The notes under the pieces are model-generated. The model saw nothing but the letters and a program-made list of their open reading frames with translations. It did no database searches and was not told the DNA's origin. A stretch of 64,000 nucleotides of DNA from a virus, in IMG/VR virus record IMGVR_UViG_3300005758_000578, positions 1 through 64,000 of that record; one strand, 5' to 3'. A program made the translations under genes and the position numbers. Shown one piece after another: positions 18,466 to 27,843 of this stretch. Position 1 is the first letter of the stretch, and each line of letters opens with the position of its first letter.

Positions 18466-19434
18466 ATGATTAGTACCAAGATCCTAATTCCGGATATAAA
18501 GTCAGTACCTATAGCATGGGTATTTGAACATTATTGTAGATTAGATCAGAAGTTAACTGGTCAAGACATTAAGATTAAATCTGTCTTTAATCCTAGTGAG
18601 AGAACTCCTAGTATGTGTATTTACTTTAAGAAAGATAAAGATAAATACTATTACAAAGATTTCTCTACGGATAAAGGTGGTGATTGTATTGATTTAGTAC
18701 AGCAGATGCTTGGTATAGATACCCGCTTAAATACAATGCATAAGATTGTAAGAGATTACAATGAATTTGTATTGCATAATAATGGCGGATATGACTTACA
18801 AGTATTTAAGCAGTACAATAAATACAAAGTAGATAGATATGAAATACGGCAGTGGAATACATTAGATAAAAGTTACTGGAGTAAATACGGAATAGGTTCT
18901 AAAATGCTAGAGTACTATAATGTAAAACCTCTAAGTACTTATACCATGTTTAAAGAAGAGGACGGTATATATAAAGTCTTAAATATTGAGGGCTCTAATA
19001 TATATGGTTACTTCAGGAAAGATGGTACTCTAATTAAAATCTATCAGCCTAAAGTACAAAAGAAGAAATTCTTAAAAGTAAAAGATTACGTACAGGGTAG
19101 TGAGCAGCTTAGTGGAAATACTACATTGTTTGTTGTCTCCTCTCTTAAAGATGGTATGTGTTTGAAGAAAATATATCCAGCTGCAGATTTTGTAGCACCG
19201 GATTCTGAAAACAGTATGATTAAGAAGGAGTATTTAGATAGTATTCAAAGCAACTATAAGACATGCTATATACTATTTGACAATGATGAAGCCGGTAATA
19301 GATCTACTGCAAAGTATTGTAATCAATTTAATTATCTGAAACCTTTATATTTGCACTTATCAAAAGACATCTCTGATTCTGTAAAAGATCACGGATATCT
19401 TAAGGTAAAAGAATATTTAGATAATAGTTTATGA
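18466..19434 (+). CDS. DNA primase (crAss-like, TOPRIM)
   Basis: ERTPSM..YKDFS N-terminal domain; SSLKDGM, APDSEN, LFDNDEAG and KDISD motifs. Confidence 0.85.
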   Translation: MISTKILIPDIKSVPIAWVFEHYCRLDQKLTGQDIKIKSVFNPSERTPSMCIYFKKDKDKYYYKDFSTDKGGDCIDLVQQMLGIDTRLNTMHKIVRDYNEFVLHNNGGYDLQVFKQYNKYKVDRYEIRQWNTLDKSYWSKYGIGSKMLEYYNVKPLSTYTMFKEEDGIYKVLNIEGSNIYGYFRKDGTLIKIYQPKVQKKKFLKVKDYVQGSEQLSGNTTLFVVSSLKDGMCLKKIYPAADFVAPDSENSMIKKEYLDSIQSNYKTCYILFDNDEAGNRSTAKYCNQFNYLKPLYLHLSKDISDSVKDHGYLKVKEYLDNSL

Positions 19435-19799
19435 CAACATTTATCATACCAGGTAATACACCCTCTAGTAAAAATGGTAGAGTGTGGACAGGCAGATACA
19501 GTATAGCAAGCGCAGCCACAAGAAAGTGGAAACTTGCAACTGATGAACACTGGAAAGCACAAGCAAAACAGTTTAGAAAAGAATCTAAAGGTCTTAGTAA
19601 ACCATTGTATGTAGAGTTTAAGTTCTATAGAAAAAGCAGACATAAGTTTGACTTGATTAATATAGCACAAGCTGTACAAGATGCAATGGTAAACTATGAT
19701 TGGATAGATGATGATAATGCTGATGAACTTGTTCCAGTATTTGCCACTTACGTGTATGATAATAAAAACCCAAGAGTAGAAATTAAAATTCTAAAGTAA
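19431..19799 (+). CDS. rusA: RusA-like Holliday junction resolvase
   Basis: PSSKN, FDLIN...VQD, IDDDN and PRVEI motifs. Confidence 0.8.
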   Translation: MTTFIIPGNTPSSKNGRVWTGRYSIASAATRKWKLATDEHWKAQAKQFRKESKGLSKPLYVEFKFYRKSRHKFDLINIAQAVQDAMVNYDWIDDDNADELVPVFATYVYDNKNPRVEIKILK

Positions 19800-20026
19800 T
19801 GGAAGTAAAAAAGAAGATTAAAGTAAGGTATGCTTTTAGCCAAGCCGCAGCGCTTTATGTAGATGTTTATGGTTGGGATGCATTATTCAGTGAAAAACAT
19901 GAGATAATGAAAGAAAATCATGATTATGGTATTAAAGAATTTGATACTAAGAAAGAAGCTGAAGCTTATGTACAGGGTGTGAATGATGCTAATGGTTGGA
20001 TGGACCCTATTGCTGAGATAGTGTGA
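19799..20026 (+). CDS. Hypothetical protein
   Basis: FDTKKEAEAYVQGVNDANGW. Confidence 0.65.
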   Translation: MEVKKKIKVRYAFSQAAALYVDVYGWDALFSEKHEIMKENHDYGIKEFDTKKEAEAYVQGVNDANGWMDPIAEIV

Positions 20027-20283
20027 AAGAGTCAGATTTAAAAGAAATTAGAAAGGCTTATATATTAGCCAAAGCACTTAATGTGCAGTATCAGTTTATT
20101 AGAGAACTTGTAAATCCAGAGCTTAAAAAAGCTGTAAACGAGGCAAAAGCTAAGAACTCTCATGTTGTATCTATAGTTAATAGATATTTCTCCAAAAGAA
20201 ATGTAGATGGATCATTTGTAGATCAAGAAGAAGAATTAGCATTTCAGTTTTTAGAGGAACTGGAAAAAATTACAAAACTTTAA
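20023..20283 (+). CDS. Hypothetical protein
   Basis: 86-aa ORF with GTG start. Confidence 0.6.
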   Translation: MKESDLKEIRKAYILAKALNVQYQFIRELVNPELKKAVNEAKAKNSHVVSIVNRYFSKRNVDGSFVDQEEELAFQFLEELEKITKL

Positions 20284-20295
20284 AACCAACTTACT

Positions 20296-22547
20296 ATGAG
20301 AAAAGACGAAGAACTGGCATTAGCCGGGAAAGAACTTATGCTTGAACAACCCTTCTATGGTATGTTCTTGATAGGTCTTAACAAAGAATGGAATGACAGA
20401 GTTCCTACTGCTGGTGTAAGCAAACACAACATTAACTATAAGCTTGTAATTAACTCAGAATTCTGGGCAAACTTACCACATGATCACAAGAAAGGCTTAT
20501 TGTGGCATGAGCTTAATTGGGCTCCTTGTACAGTAATGTACATGTAAAATACCTTAAATTGACGGGGACCTCCTTAGAGCTTTATATACTAAACATAGAT
20601 AGTGATATACTATGTGGCTGAATTAATTATTCAGGTATAGTAAAAAATATAAAGATTGGACAATCCGCAGCCAAATTTCTTGTTTTATAATTAAAAAATA
20701 GGTATATTGTAGTGTAAATACTTACACATTATGACTACTAGTAAAATAAAACTCCTAGAAAAAGATATTATTAAACATTATGAAGAAAAACTATCAGCTG
20801 CTAAAATATCAGAAAAATTAAAAATTGATAAAAAAACAGTATATAGAGTTTTAAATAATAATAATATAAAAACTAGGACATTATCTGAAGCAGCATATAA
20901 ATATACATGTGACGATAACTTTTTTGATGTAATTAATACTGAAGAAAAAGCTTATTGGTTAGGTGTGTTATATGCAGATGGTAATATTACTAATCATACA
21001 GTATCCTGTAAAAGAATATTTTTAACTAGCACTGATAAAGAGTGGGTAGAAGATTTTTTAAAAGCAATAAAATCTACTAATACTCCTAAATTAGAAAAAC
21101 ATAATAAATTTAAAGACGCTAACATTTGGAAGGCTGCAATTACTAGTTCAAAAATGCATAGTAATCTTAATAATTTAGGTTGTACTCCTGTAAAATCTAT
21201 GACTATTAGAATGCCTAATATAAAAGATGAATTAGTTCATCATTTTATAAGAGGTTATTTTGATGGTGATGGTACAGTAGGTGTCTATAAGAATAATAAA
21301 AAATTAGATTGGATGGTTTTAAAATCTGGATTTTGTTCAGGTTCTATGACTTTTATAGAAGATCTTTTAAATATTATTCCTGTTAAAAATAAAAAAATAT
21401 ATCATAAAGGTGTTTATCTAACACAATTTTCTTTAACTGATAGTATTAATTTTTATAATTATATGTATAAAAATGCTACTATATATCTTAAAAGAAAACA
21501 TAAAATCTTTAATGATTATATTTTAAATTATAAACCAAGAAAGAGGTTCAACGACTATAATAGGTTGCCCTAATAGGGTAAAGGGATAGTCTGATCTCAT
21601 GCGAAAGTATGAGTTAACATAAATGTTTACATATTGTGTTTGATCACCTTAACCTAAGAGATGAGTTTGCAGATAAGCGGTTATTTAATATAGCTGCAGA
21701 CTGTGAACTTAATCAATACATTACCCCAAGCTGTCTTCCAGAAGGTGCAATCTTACCAAGCTCATTTCCTGACTTAAGACTTGATCTTAAAGCTGGTACC
21801 AGATACTATTATGAAATGCTACAACAGAATCAAGATGATGAAGATGTACAAAAGATGATGGGTGATGGTGATGATATGCATTCTACATGGGAAGAGTTTG
21901 ATGACTTAAGTGAATCTGAAAAGAAACTACTTAAGTCTCAAGCTGAGTATCAACTTAGAGAGGCAGCAGAGGAATGTCTTAAATCTAGAGGTTGTTTACC
22001 TGGAGAGATTTCTGAGATTTATAAAAGAATTACTGAGATTACTCCAAGTAAGTTTAACTGGAAAGCTTATCTAAGAAGATTTGCAGGTAACTCTTATATA
22101 GTTGAGACTAAACTTTCTAGAAAAAAGATTAATAAAAGATACCCGGATGCACCGGGAATGAAATTTAAACCCAAGAAACACATCTTGGTTGCAATAGATA
22201 CATCTGGTAGCGTGAGCAATGATGAGCTTGTAGAGTTCTTCAATGAAATTAAACACATGCATAAAACCGGAACAGAGATTACAGTATTACAGTGTGATAC
22301 ACAAATTACTAGTATTGAAAGTTATAATCCTAAAAAGGATGTACAAGTTAAAGGCCGTGGAGGTACTGAATTTGATCCTGTATTAGAATATTATAACAAG
22401 AATGCTAAGAAGTACACATGTCTTATTTATTTAACAGATGGTGAATGTTATACAACAGTTACACCAAGAGGCAGAATGCTTTGGGTTATCTCTTCTAGAG
22501 CCCGTATTAATGAGCAACTGCCCGGTCCACAAATCCAATTAAACTAA
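20296..22547 (+). CDS. DUF2201 metallopeptidase-vWA protein, spliced (exons 20296-20513 and 21626-22547)
   Basis: Joining the exons restores W-HELLH-IVFDH (HExxH); vWA DTSGS, GRGGT and LTDG motifs. Confidence 0.88.
20514..21625 (+). mobile_element. Group I intron with an ORF in the P6 loop
   Basis: P1 GAGCU/GGCUC with U.G; P AAATTGACGGGG; Q AATCCGCAGCC; R GTTCAACGACTA; S AAGGGATAGTCT; terminal G 21625. Confidence 0.9.
20731..21573 (+). CDS. Intron-encoded LAGLIDADG homing endonuclease
   Basis: AYWLGVLYADG and FIRGYFDGDG motifs; N-terminal HTH. Confidence 0.9.
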   Translation: MTTSKIKLLEKDIIKHYEEKLSAAKISEKLKIDKKTVYRVLNNNNIKTRTLSEAAYKYTCDDNFFDVINTEEKAYWLGVLYADGNITNHTVSCKRIFLTSTDKEWVEDFLKAIKSTNTPKLEKHNKFKDANIWKAAITSSKMHSNLNNLGCTPVKSMTIRMPNIKDELVHHFIRGYFDGDGTVGVYKNNKKLDWMVLKSGFCSGSMTFIEDLLNIIPVKNKKIYHKGVYLTQFSLTDSINFYNYMYKNATIYLKRKHKIFNDYILNYKPRKRFNDYNRLP

Positions 22548-22561
22548 AAAACCCTAAAAAC

Positions 22562-24794
22562 ATGGCACAAGTAAAATTAAACAGCACTGAATTAAAAGAT
22601 TTCATTAAGCACGTAATTAACAACAACAGATTCATTCAGAGTCAAGGTAAAGTACCAACAGCTTTGAATGTAGTAGGTAATGCAGGTCTTGGTAAAACTA
22701 CCGTAGTCTCTAATCTTGCAAAAGAAGAGGGAATGCAGTTTGTAAAGATTAACCTTGCAATGATAGAAGAGTTATCAGATCTAGTAGGTTTTCCAGTTAA
22801 AGAATTCCAGATTGGTAAAGATACCCCTGATGGTCTTAAGACTAAATGGGTAACTGAGATGGAAGCTGAGTTGGCAGTTAAAGCCGGCTTTAAATTGACT
22901 GGTGCAAGACGTACTGCATATTGTGCACCTGAATGGATTTCTGGTAAAGGTGAGTCTGGTATCTTATTGTTAGATGACTATACTAGGGCGGATAAATAAT
23001 TAATCCAAAGTAGCTTTTATTTCTTGAAGCATTTGCGTATCTTTATAATATGATACTCTTAAGCAAAGAAACAATAAAAGAATACTATGGAATATCTGGT
23101 ATATATCATCTTAAAATTAAAAACAGAACTTATATTGGTAGCTCTACTAGTATAGGTCATAGATTAAAACATCATCAGTGGTCATTACAAGAAAATAAAC
23201 ATCATAATAGAACAATGCAAAATCTTTTTAATAAGTATCAAAATATTTACTTCAATGTTTTAGAACAGTGTGAAGCAGATATACTTATAGAAAGAGAGAA
23301 GTTTTATATAGATGATCTTAGACCTTGTATAAACCATATATTAGATCCGGTTTCATTAAAAAGAGATGTAGTCTTTAAAGAAAGATTATCTCAAGCAATG
23401 AAAAAAAGAATAGAAAATGGATGGAGTCCTGTTAATAAAAGAGCTGTACATATGTATAATATGGAAGGCGTCTTTATTAAATCTTTTAATAGCATAACAG
23501 ATGCTGGAAAATATCTAAACATAAAAGATATATCTGGTATTGCTGTAGCATGTAAGGGAAAAAGACTTCATACTTATTATAATTATAGATGGTCATTTGA
23601 TAAAGTAGAACAATTAGGTCCTATACCTAATAACTGGGAAAGCACTGCTGTAGATCAATATGACTTAAATGATAATTATATTAAGACTTTTAATTCTATT
23701 AAAGAAATTGGAATACCTAATATATCCAGGGCTATTAAATATAATAGAACTGCTGGTGGTTATAAATGGAAACATTCTCGTGTCCGCCTTAAATCCTGTG
23801 AATTGCTGGAAACTCCTGAAGAGGACAATCAGCAGCCAAGCTAATTAGAAATAATTAGAAGGTTCAACGACTAGTATATGGAGTCTTACCAAGTGATGTT
23901 GGAGACAGTAAAATACCAAGAGCGCAGGACAGTAACTTATGTATATCAATACTTAAAGGTTACTGATGATATAGTCTGAACTGTATATATAACAAAATAA
24001 AATGCAGAACTATAGGATAAAGAACCTATAGGATAACACTATTGCCGAGAATGATTCAAGCATGTATGGATTTGATTAACACTCAAGAATATATTTCTTG
24101 GAAGTTACCTAAAGACTGGACTATTATTCTAACTACTAATCCAGATGGTGGTGACTATCATGTAAATAGTATGGACGTAGCACAAACTACTCGTTTCATC
24201 TCTTGTGAGTTGAAGTTTGATGTAGATTGTTGGGCACAATGGGCAGAAGAAACAGCTATGGATGGCAGATGTATTAACTTCATCTTGAAGCACCCAGAAG
24301 TTGTTACTGAGTCTACTAACCCACGTGCAATTACTACATTCTTTAATGCTATCTCTAGCTTTGAGAAGTTTGAAGATAACCTACCTATGATCCAAATGAT
24401 TGGTGAAGGTTCTGTTGGTGCAGATATGACTAGCTTGTTTACTTTGTTTATTAATAACAAACTGGACCAGTTGATCTCTCCAAAAGATATCATCTTACAT
24501 GACAATGAGGATTATATTATAGGTGCTTTGAAATCTACAATTGGTAGAGGTGATGATTACCGGGCAGATATTGCTAGTATTATGAGTACTAGGATTATAA
24601 ACTTTGCTCTTAGTCACTTCAAAACAAACCCAATGAAGAATGAAGTAATCAAACGTTTTGAGAAATTAGTAGTGGATGAAATATTTGCTATTGACCTGAA
24701 ATATATGATTGTAAGAAATCTTATCAATGGTAATAAGCAAAAGTTTCAGAAACTTATGTTGAACGATAAAGTTATGGAGTACACAATCCGATGA
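22562..24794 (+). CDS. MoxR-like AAA+ ATPase, spliced (exons 22562-22993 and 24045-24794)
   Basis: GNAGLGKT Walker A; the joined sequence reads LLLDDYTRAD-PRMIQACMDL; sensor TTNP. Confidence 0.88.
22994..24044 (+). mobile_element. Group I intron with an ORF in the P1 loop
   Basis: P AATTGCTGGAAA; Q AATCAGCAGCC; R GTTCAACGACTA; S GATATAGTCT; P3 TCCTGTG/CGCAGGA; IGS GTCCGCCTT at 23782. Confidence 0.9.
23050..23844 (+). CDS. Intron-encoded GIY-YIG homing endonuclease with NUMOD1 repeats
   Basis: SGIY..YIGSS..R..H and EREKFYI motifs. Confidence 0.9.
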   Translation: MILLSKETIKEYYGISGIYHLKIKNRTYIGSSTSIGHRLKHHQWSLQENKHHNRTMQNLFNKYQNIYFNVLEQCEADILIEREKFYIDDLRPCINHILDPVSLKRDVVFKERLSQAMKKRIENGWSPVNKRAVHMYNMEGVFIKSFNSITDAGKYLNIKDISGIAVACKGKRLHTYYNYRWSFDKVEQLGPIPNNWESTAVDQYDLNDNYIKTFNSIKEIGIPNISRAIKYNRTAGGYKWKHSRVRLKSCELLETPEEDNQQPS

Positions 24795-25843
24795 AATATT
24801 TATATTTAGATTTTAATAGACACAATTTTCATGTAAAAACAGATACACCTTTTACACCTTATGGTTTTGATCTTAAGGATTCTAAAATTTTTCTAGAATC
24901 ATTAGTTATAACTACTCATAATGCTGTAGATATGGATGTATTTGACCAACTTACTACTACAACTCAAAGTCTTATAGCTGGTGATAAAGTATATATAATG
25001 CCGGGGGTAACCATCCCCCGGTATAAAATACGGGAAACTGGTAAAGATATTGGTTTTGATATAGTAAGAAGTAGAACTAAAGCTACCAAAGTAGTCTATA
25101 ACAAAAAACAAGTTATAGATGAAATGATAGATAAAAGAAGTGAGATGGGTACTAAAGTATCAGATTTTAAAAAGGTGCTTGATTTTTATAATATGCAGAT
25201 GCCAGAGTTAGATGATCCCGATATTGGTATTCATATCACACTTGACTGGTCAATATTTAGAGTTCTTACAACTATTCATAGTCATAATGCTGGTTATAGT
25301 TTAGATAACACTCACTATTACACGTATAGATTTAAAGAAGACACGTATGAAGAACTCATAAATGATCTCATAGCTAATCCTAAAACGTTGATCTCAGATA
25401 AAGATGTAATGAAACAGTGCAATGGTTCTCAACCTCTTAATGCTGAATCTTATAATAGATTGGTTAGTATGTTTAGTTCACATCAGAATCAAGAGATTGC
25501 TTTAGAATTACTATGTAACTGTGATTATGATCAGTCTATGGTTTATATTCTTAAGTTACTTTCTAAGTTTAATTTCCGGGGTATGCCTGGTACAAATCAT
25601 GTAAACTATAAAGCATTTAGAAATTACATGAGTACACACTGGCAAATTGATCCTAACTACTATAATGGTGATATCATAGATATTATCCGTAAATTAGCAG
25701 AGAAAGATAAACTTAAAAGAGAGTACTTGAATGAGTTTAAAGATGAGATCTTAAAACATGTGAAAACATATGGTGAGAATAGTATCTTTACTATCAGTGC
25801 AATTCAAATGAAAGAAGAGTATAAACAAAAAATAGTAGAATGA
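24791..25843 (+). CDS. Hypothetical protein
   Basis: 350-aa ORF coupled to the AAA gene. Confidence 0.75.
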   Translation: MKYLYLDFNRHNFHVKTDTPFTPYGFDLKDSKIFLESLVITTHNAVDMDVFDQLTTTTQSLIAGDKVYIMPGVTIPRYKIRETGKDIGFDIVRSRTKATKVVYNKKQVIDEMIDKRSEMGTKVSDFKKVLDFYNMQMPELDDPDIGIHITLDWSIFRVLTTIHSHNAGYSLDNTHYYTYRFKEDTYEELINDLIANPKTLISDKDVMKQCNGSQPLNAESYNRLVSMFSSHQNQEIALELLCNCDYDQSMVYILKLLSKFNFRGMPGTNHVNYKAFRNYMSTHWQIDPNYYNGDIIDIIRKLAEKDKLKREYLNEFKDEILKHVKTYGENSIFTISAIQMKEEYKQKIVE

Positions 25844-26814
25844 CAGATCAAGAGTTAATAGAACAGTTTTATAAAACTAAGTATTACATTAGTTACTCAG
25901 GATTAAGCAAACTAAAGTTTAGTCCTAGGTTGTTCTATACTCATTACATCCTCCAACAAAAAGAGGAATCGGTTGGTGCACATTTAGTAGAGGGCAGGTT
26001 AATTCACTGCCTTCTACTACAACCGGATGAGTATGACAATCAATTTTATGTAGCTAAGAGTAAACTTCCTTCAGAAAATCTTAAGGATATTGTAGATAAA
26101 ATATTTAAAGAGCATCCAGAATGTAGTGATTTGTCTAACTTTCAGAGTGAAATCTTAAACATTTTAGTAGAAAAGAACCTTTATCAAACACTAAAAACAG
26201 ATGAGCAAAGATTAGCTAAAGTAATTACATCAGTTACTACAGATTATCTTACTGATCTTACAAACAGTATTGGTAAATCTGTAATAGATCAAAGCACATA
26301 TGATAAATGCTTACGGATAGTAACTAAATTCAAAGCTAATCCTGAAGTAAGATATCATCTTGGTCTAGATGTTACAGAATTTGATGACGTTCAGTGTCAT
26401 AGAGAATTACCAGCATCATGTGATTTAGTAGATTATAAGTTTGGTATCAAAGGTATCCTTGACAGTGTCATTGTAGATGATGTAAACAAAGTAATTAAGA
26501 TAGCTGACGTTAAGACTACCAGTAAAACAATCCCTGAATTCAAAGAGAGTGTAGAGTATTACAACTATTGGATGCAGGCTGCAATGTACATACTACTAGC
26601 TAAATGCCACTTCTTAAAACTAGATTACACTTATCAGTATTCTTTTGTTGTAGTTGATAAATATGAGCAGATTTATTGCTTTCCTGTGTCTCAGTTAACC
26701 CTAGATAACTGGAATGAAAGATTTAGAAAAGCACTTGATGAAGCACATTATCACTATGAGAATAGGGATTATTCACTTCCTTATGATTATATTGTAAACA
26801 AAATAATACTATGA
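25840..26814 (+). CDS. PD-(D/E)XK exonuclease (DUF3799/Cas4-like)
   Basis: ISYSGL, G.LIHCLLL, KGILD..IADVKTT and Y..QAAMY motifs. Confidence 0.85.
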   Translation: MTDQELIEQFYKTKYYISYSGLSKLKFSPRLFYTHYILQQKEESVGAHLVEGRLIHCLLLQPDEYDNQFYVAKSKLPSENLKDIVDKIFKEHPECSDLSNFQSEILNILVEKNLYQTLKTDEQRLAKVITSVTTDYLTDLTNSIGKSVIDQSTYDKCLRIVTKFKANPEVRYHLGLDVTEFDDVQCHRELPASCDLVDYKFGIKGILDSVIVDDVNKVIKIADVKTTSKTIPEFKESVEYYNYWMQAAMYILLAKCHFLKLDYTYQYSFVVVDKYEQIYCFPVSQLTLDNWNERFRKALDEAHYHYENRDYSLPYDYIVNKIIL

Positions 26815-27371
26815 AGAAACTACATGACAAGTACACCCAGAAATCCCGGATATTTTTATACCCGGCACTAAATATTAGAAGAGGTAGTCACATCAAACCC
26901 GTGCAAACTTATATAGCATGGGAAGAGATTATATCTCCAACAGATAGAAAACTTATTTGCGTTTATGATATCCAAGATAATGAAGACTATCAAATCTTTG
27001 AGAGAGTTAAGTTATTTGGTAATGATAAATTCTGTGAGTTTAGACAAACTACAGATAACAAAGGTATTTATATCTTTACATTTGATGATCAATCAAAAGA
27101 CTGGGATAACTTTATAAAAGGTAAGTACTCCCAGTTATCTGATAAAGCTAAACAAGAGATAGAAAAGTTCTATGGTAAAGACTCTAGTACTTATGAGTAT
27201 GTAATGAGTTATCTATACCCTGAAGACTATTTTGATGTCTATGCTGACTTATTAGGTGTGAATGTAAATATCTTAAAAGGCGTGGGAGAATTGTGTGCTC
27301 CCTATAATATTGATAAAGAAACACTTAAAATACCCGTGGAGAATTTGGAAATGAAAGATTTAATTATTTGA
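26811..27371 (+). CDS. Conserved crAss-like hypothetical protein
   Basis: KSRIFLYPAL..FIKGKYSQLS. Confidence 0.7.
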   Translation: MKKLHDKYTQKSRIFLYPALNIRRGSHIKPVQTYIAWEEIISPTDRKLICVYDIQDNEDYQIFERVKLFGNDKFCEFRQTTDNKGIYIFTFDDQSKDWDNFIKGKYSQLSDKAKQEIEKFYGKDSSTYEYVMSYLYPEDYFDVYADLLGVNVNILKGVGELCAPYNIDKETLKIPVENLEMKDLII

Positions 27372-27380
27372 TTTGTGTTT

Positions 27381-27773
27381 ATGAAAGATAGTATGTTATG
27401 TATTAGTTCCGTGTGGAACGGCCAGGAGAGTTTTAAGGTTATTCCTTTAGTAGAAACTTGTCCTTATGTAGAAATGATTTATGATCCTGAAGCAAGCATG
27501 TTGGTTATCATCTCTAAGATTATTAAAGATGCTTACCACATGATTCCTAGAATGGATGATAAAGGTGATGTAGTGTTTGTAAAGAACAGAAAAAATCCTG
27601 AAAAAAGTTATGCGGAAGAGAGAAGACTGGTTGAATCATTCCAAGAATATTATGTGCACAAAAAAGAAGAGATCAAAGATATTATTGCTAAATTTGCAAT
27701 GAACTATGATTCTTTTGATTTTAGTGTTTTGGAAAAAGAATCAGTAGGAATAGTGGGTCCTACTCAAGTTTAG
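27381..27773 (+). CDS. Hypothetical protein
   Basis: CPYVEMIYDP..PRMDDKGD. Confidence 0.7.
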   Translation: MKDSMLCISSVWNGQESFKVIPLVETCPYVEMIYDPEASMLVIISKIIKDAYHMIPRMDDKGDVVFVKNRKNPEKSYAEERRLVESFQEYYVHKKEEIKDIIAKFAMNYDSFDFSVLEKESVGIVGPTQV

Positions 27774-27804
27774 GGATCTTGAGAAGTACTATAAACCAAC
27801 AATC

Positions 27805-27832
27805 AAGGGGGATGTAAAAGTCCCCCTTTTTT
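27805..27832 (+). terminator. Intrinsic terminator
   Basis: AAGGGGGA..TCCCCCTTTTTT. Confidence 0.75.
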
Positions 27833-27843
27833 ATCTAAAAATT

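Noticed and set aside
4991-24505. Antisense ORFs such as 4991-5329, 16821-17405 and 24158-24505
   Set aside because: They overlap well-supported + strand genes and have no recognisable features.
20296-24794. Pseudogenes or inteins in the vWA and AAA genes
   Set aside because: The inserts contain stop codons and complete group I P/Q/R/S elements, and exon joining restores the frame and motifs.
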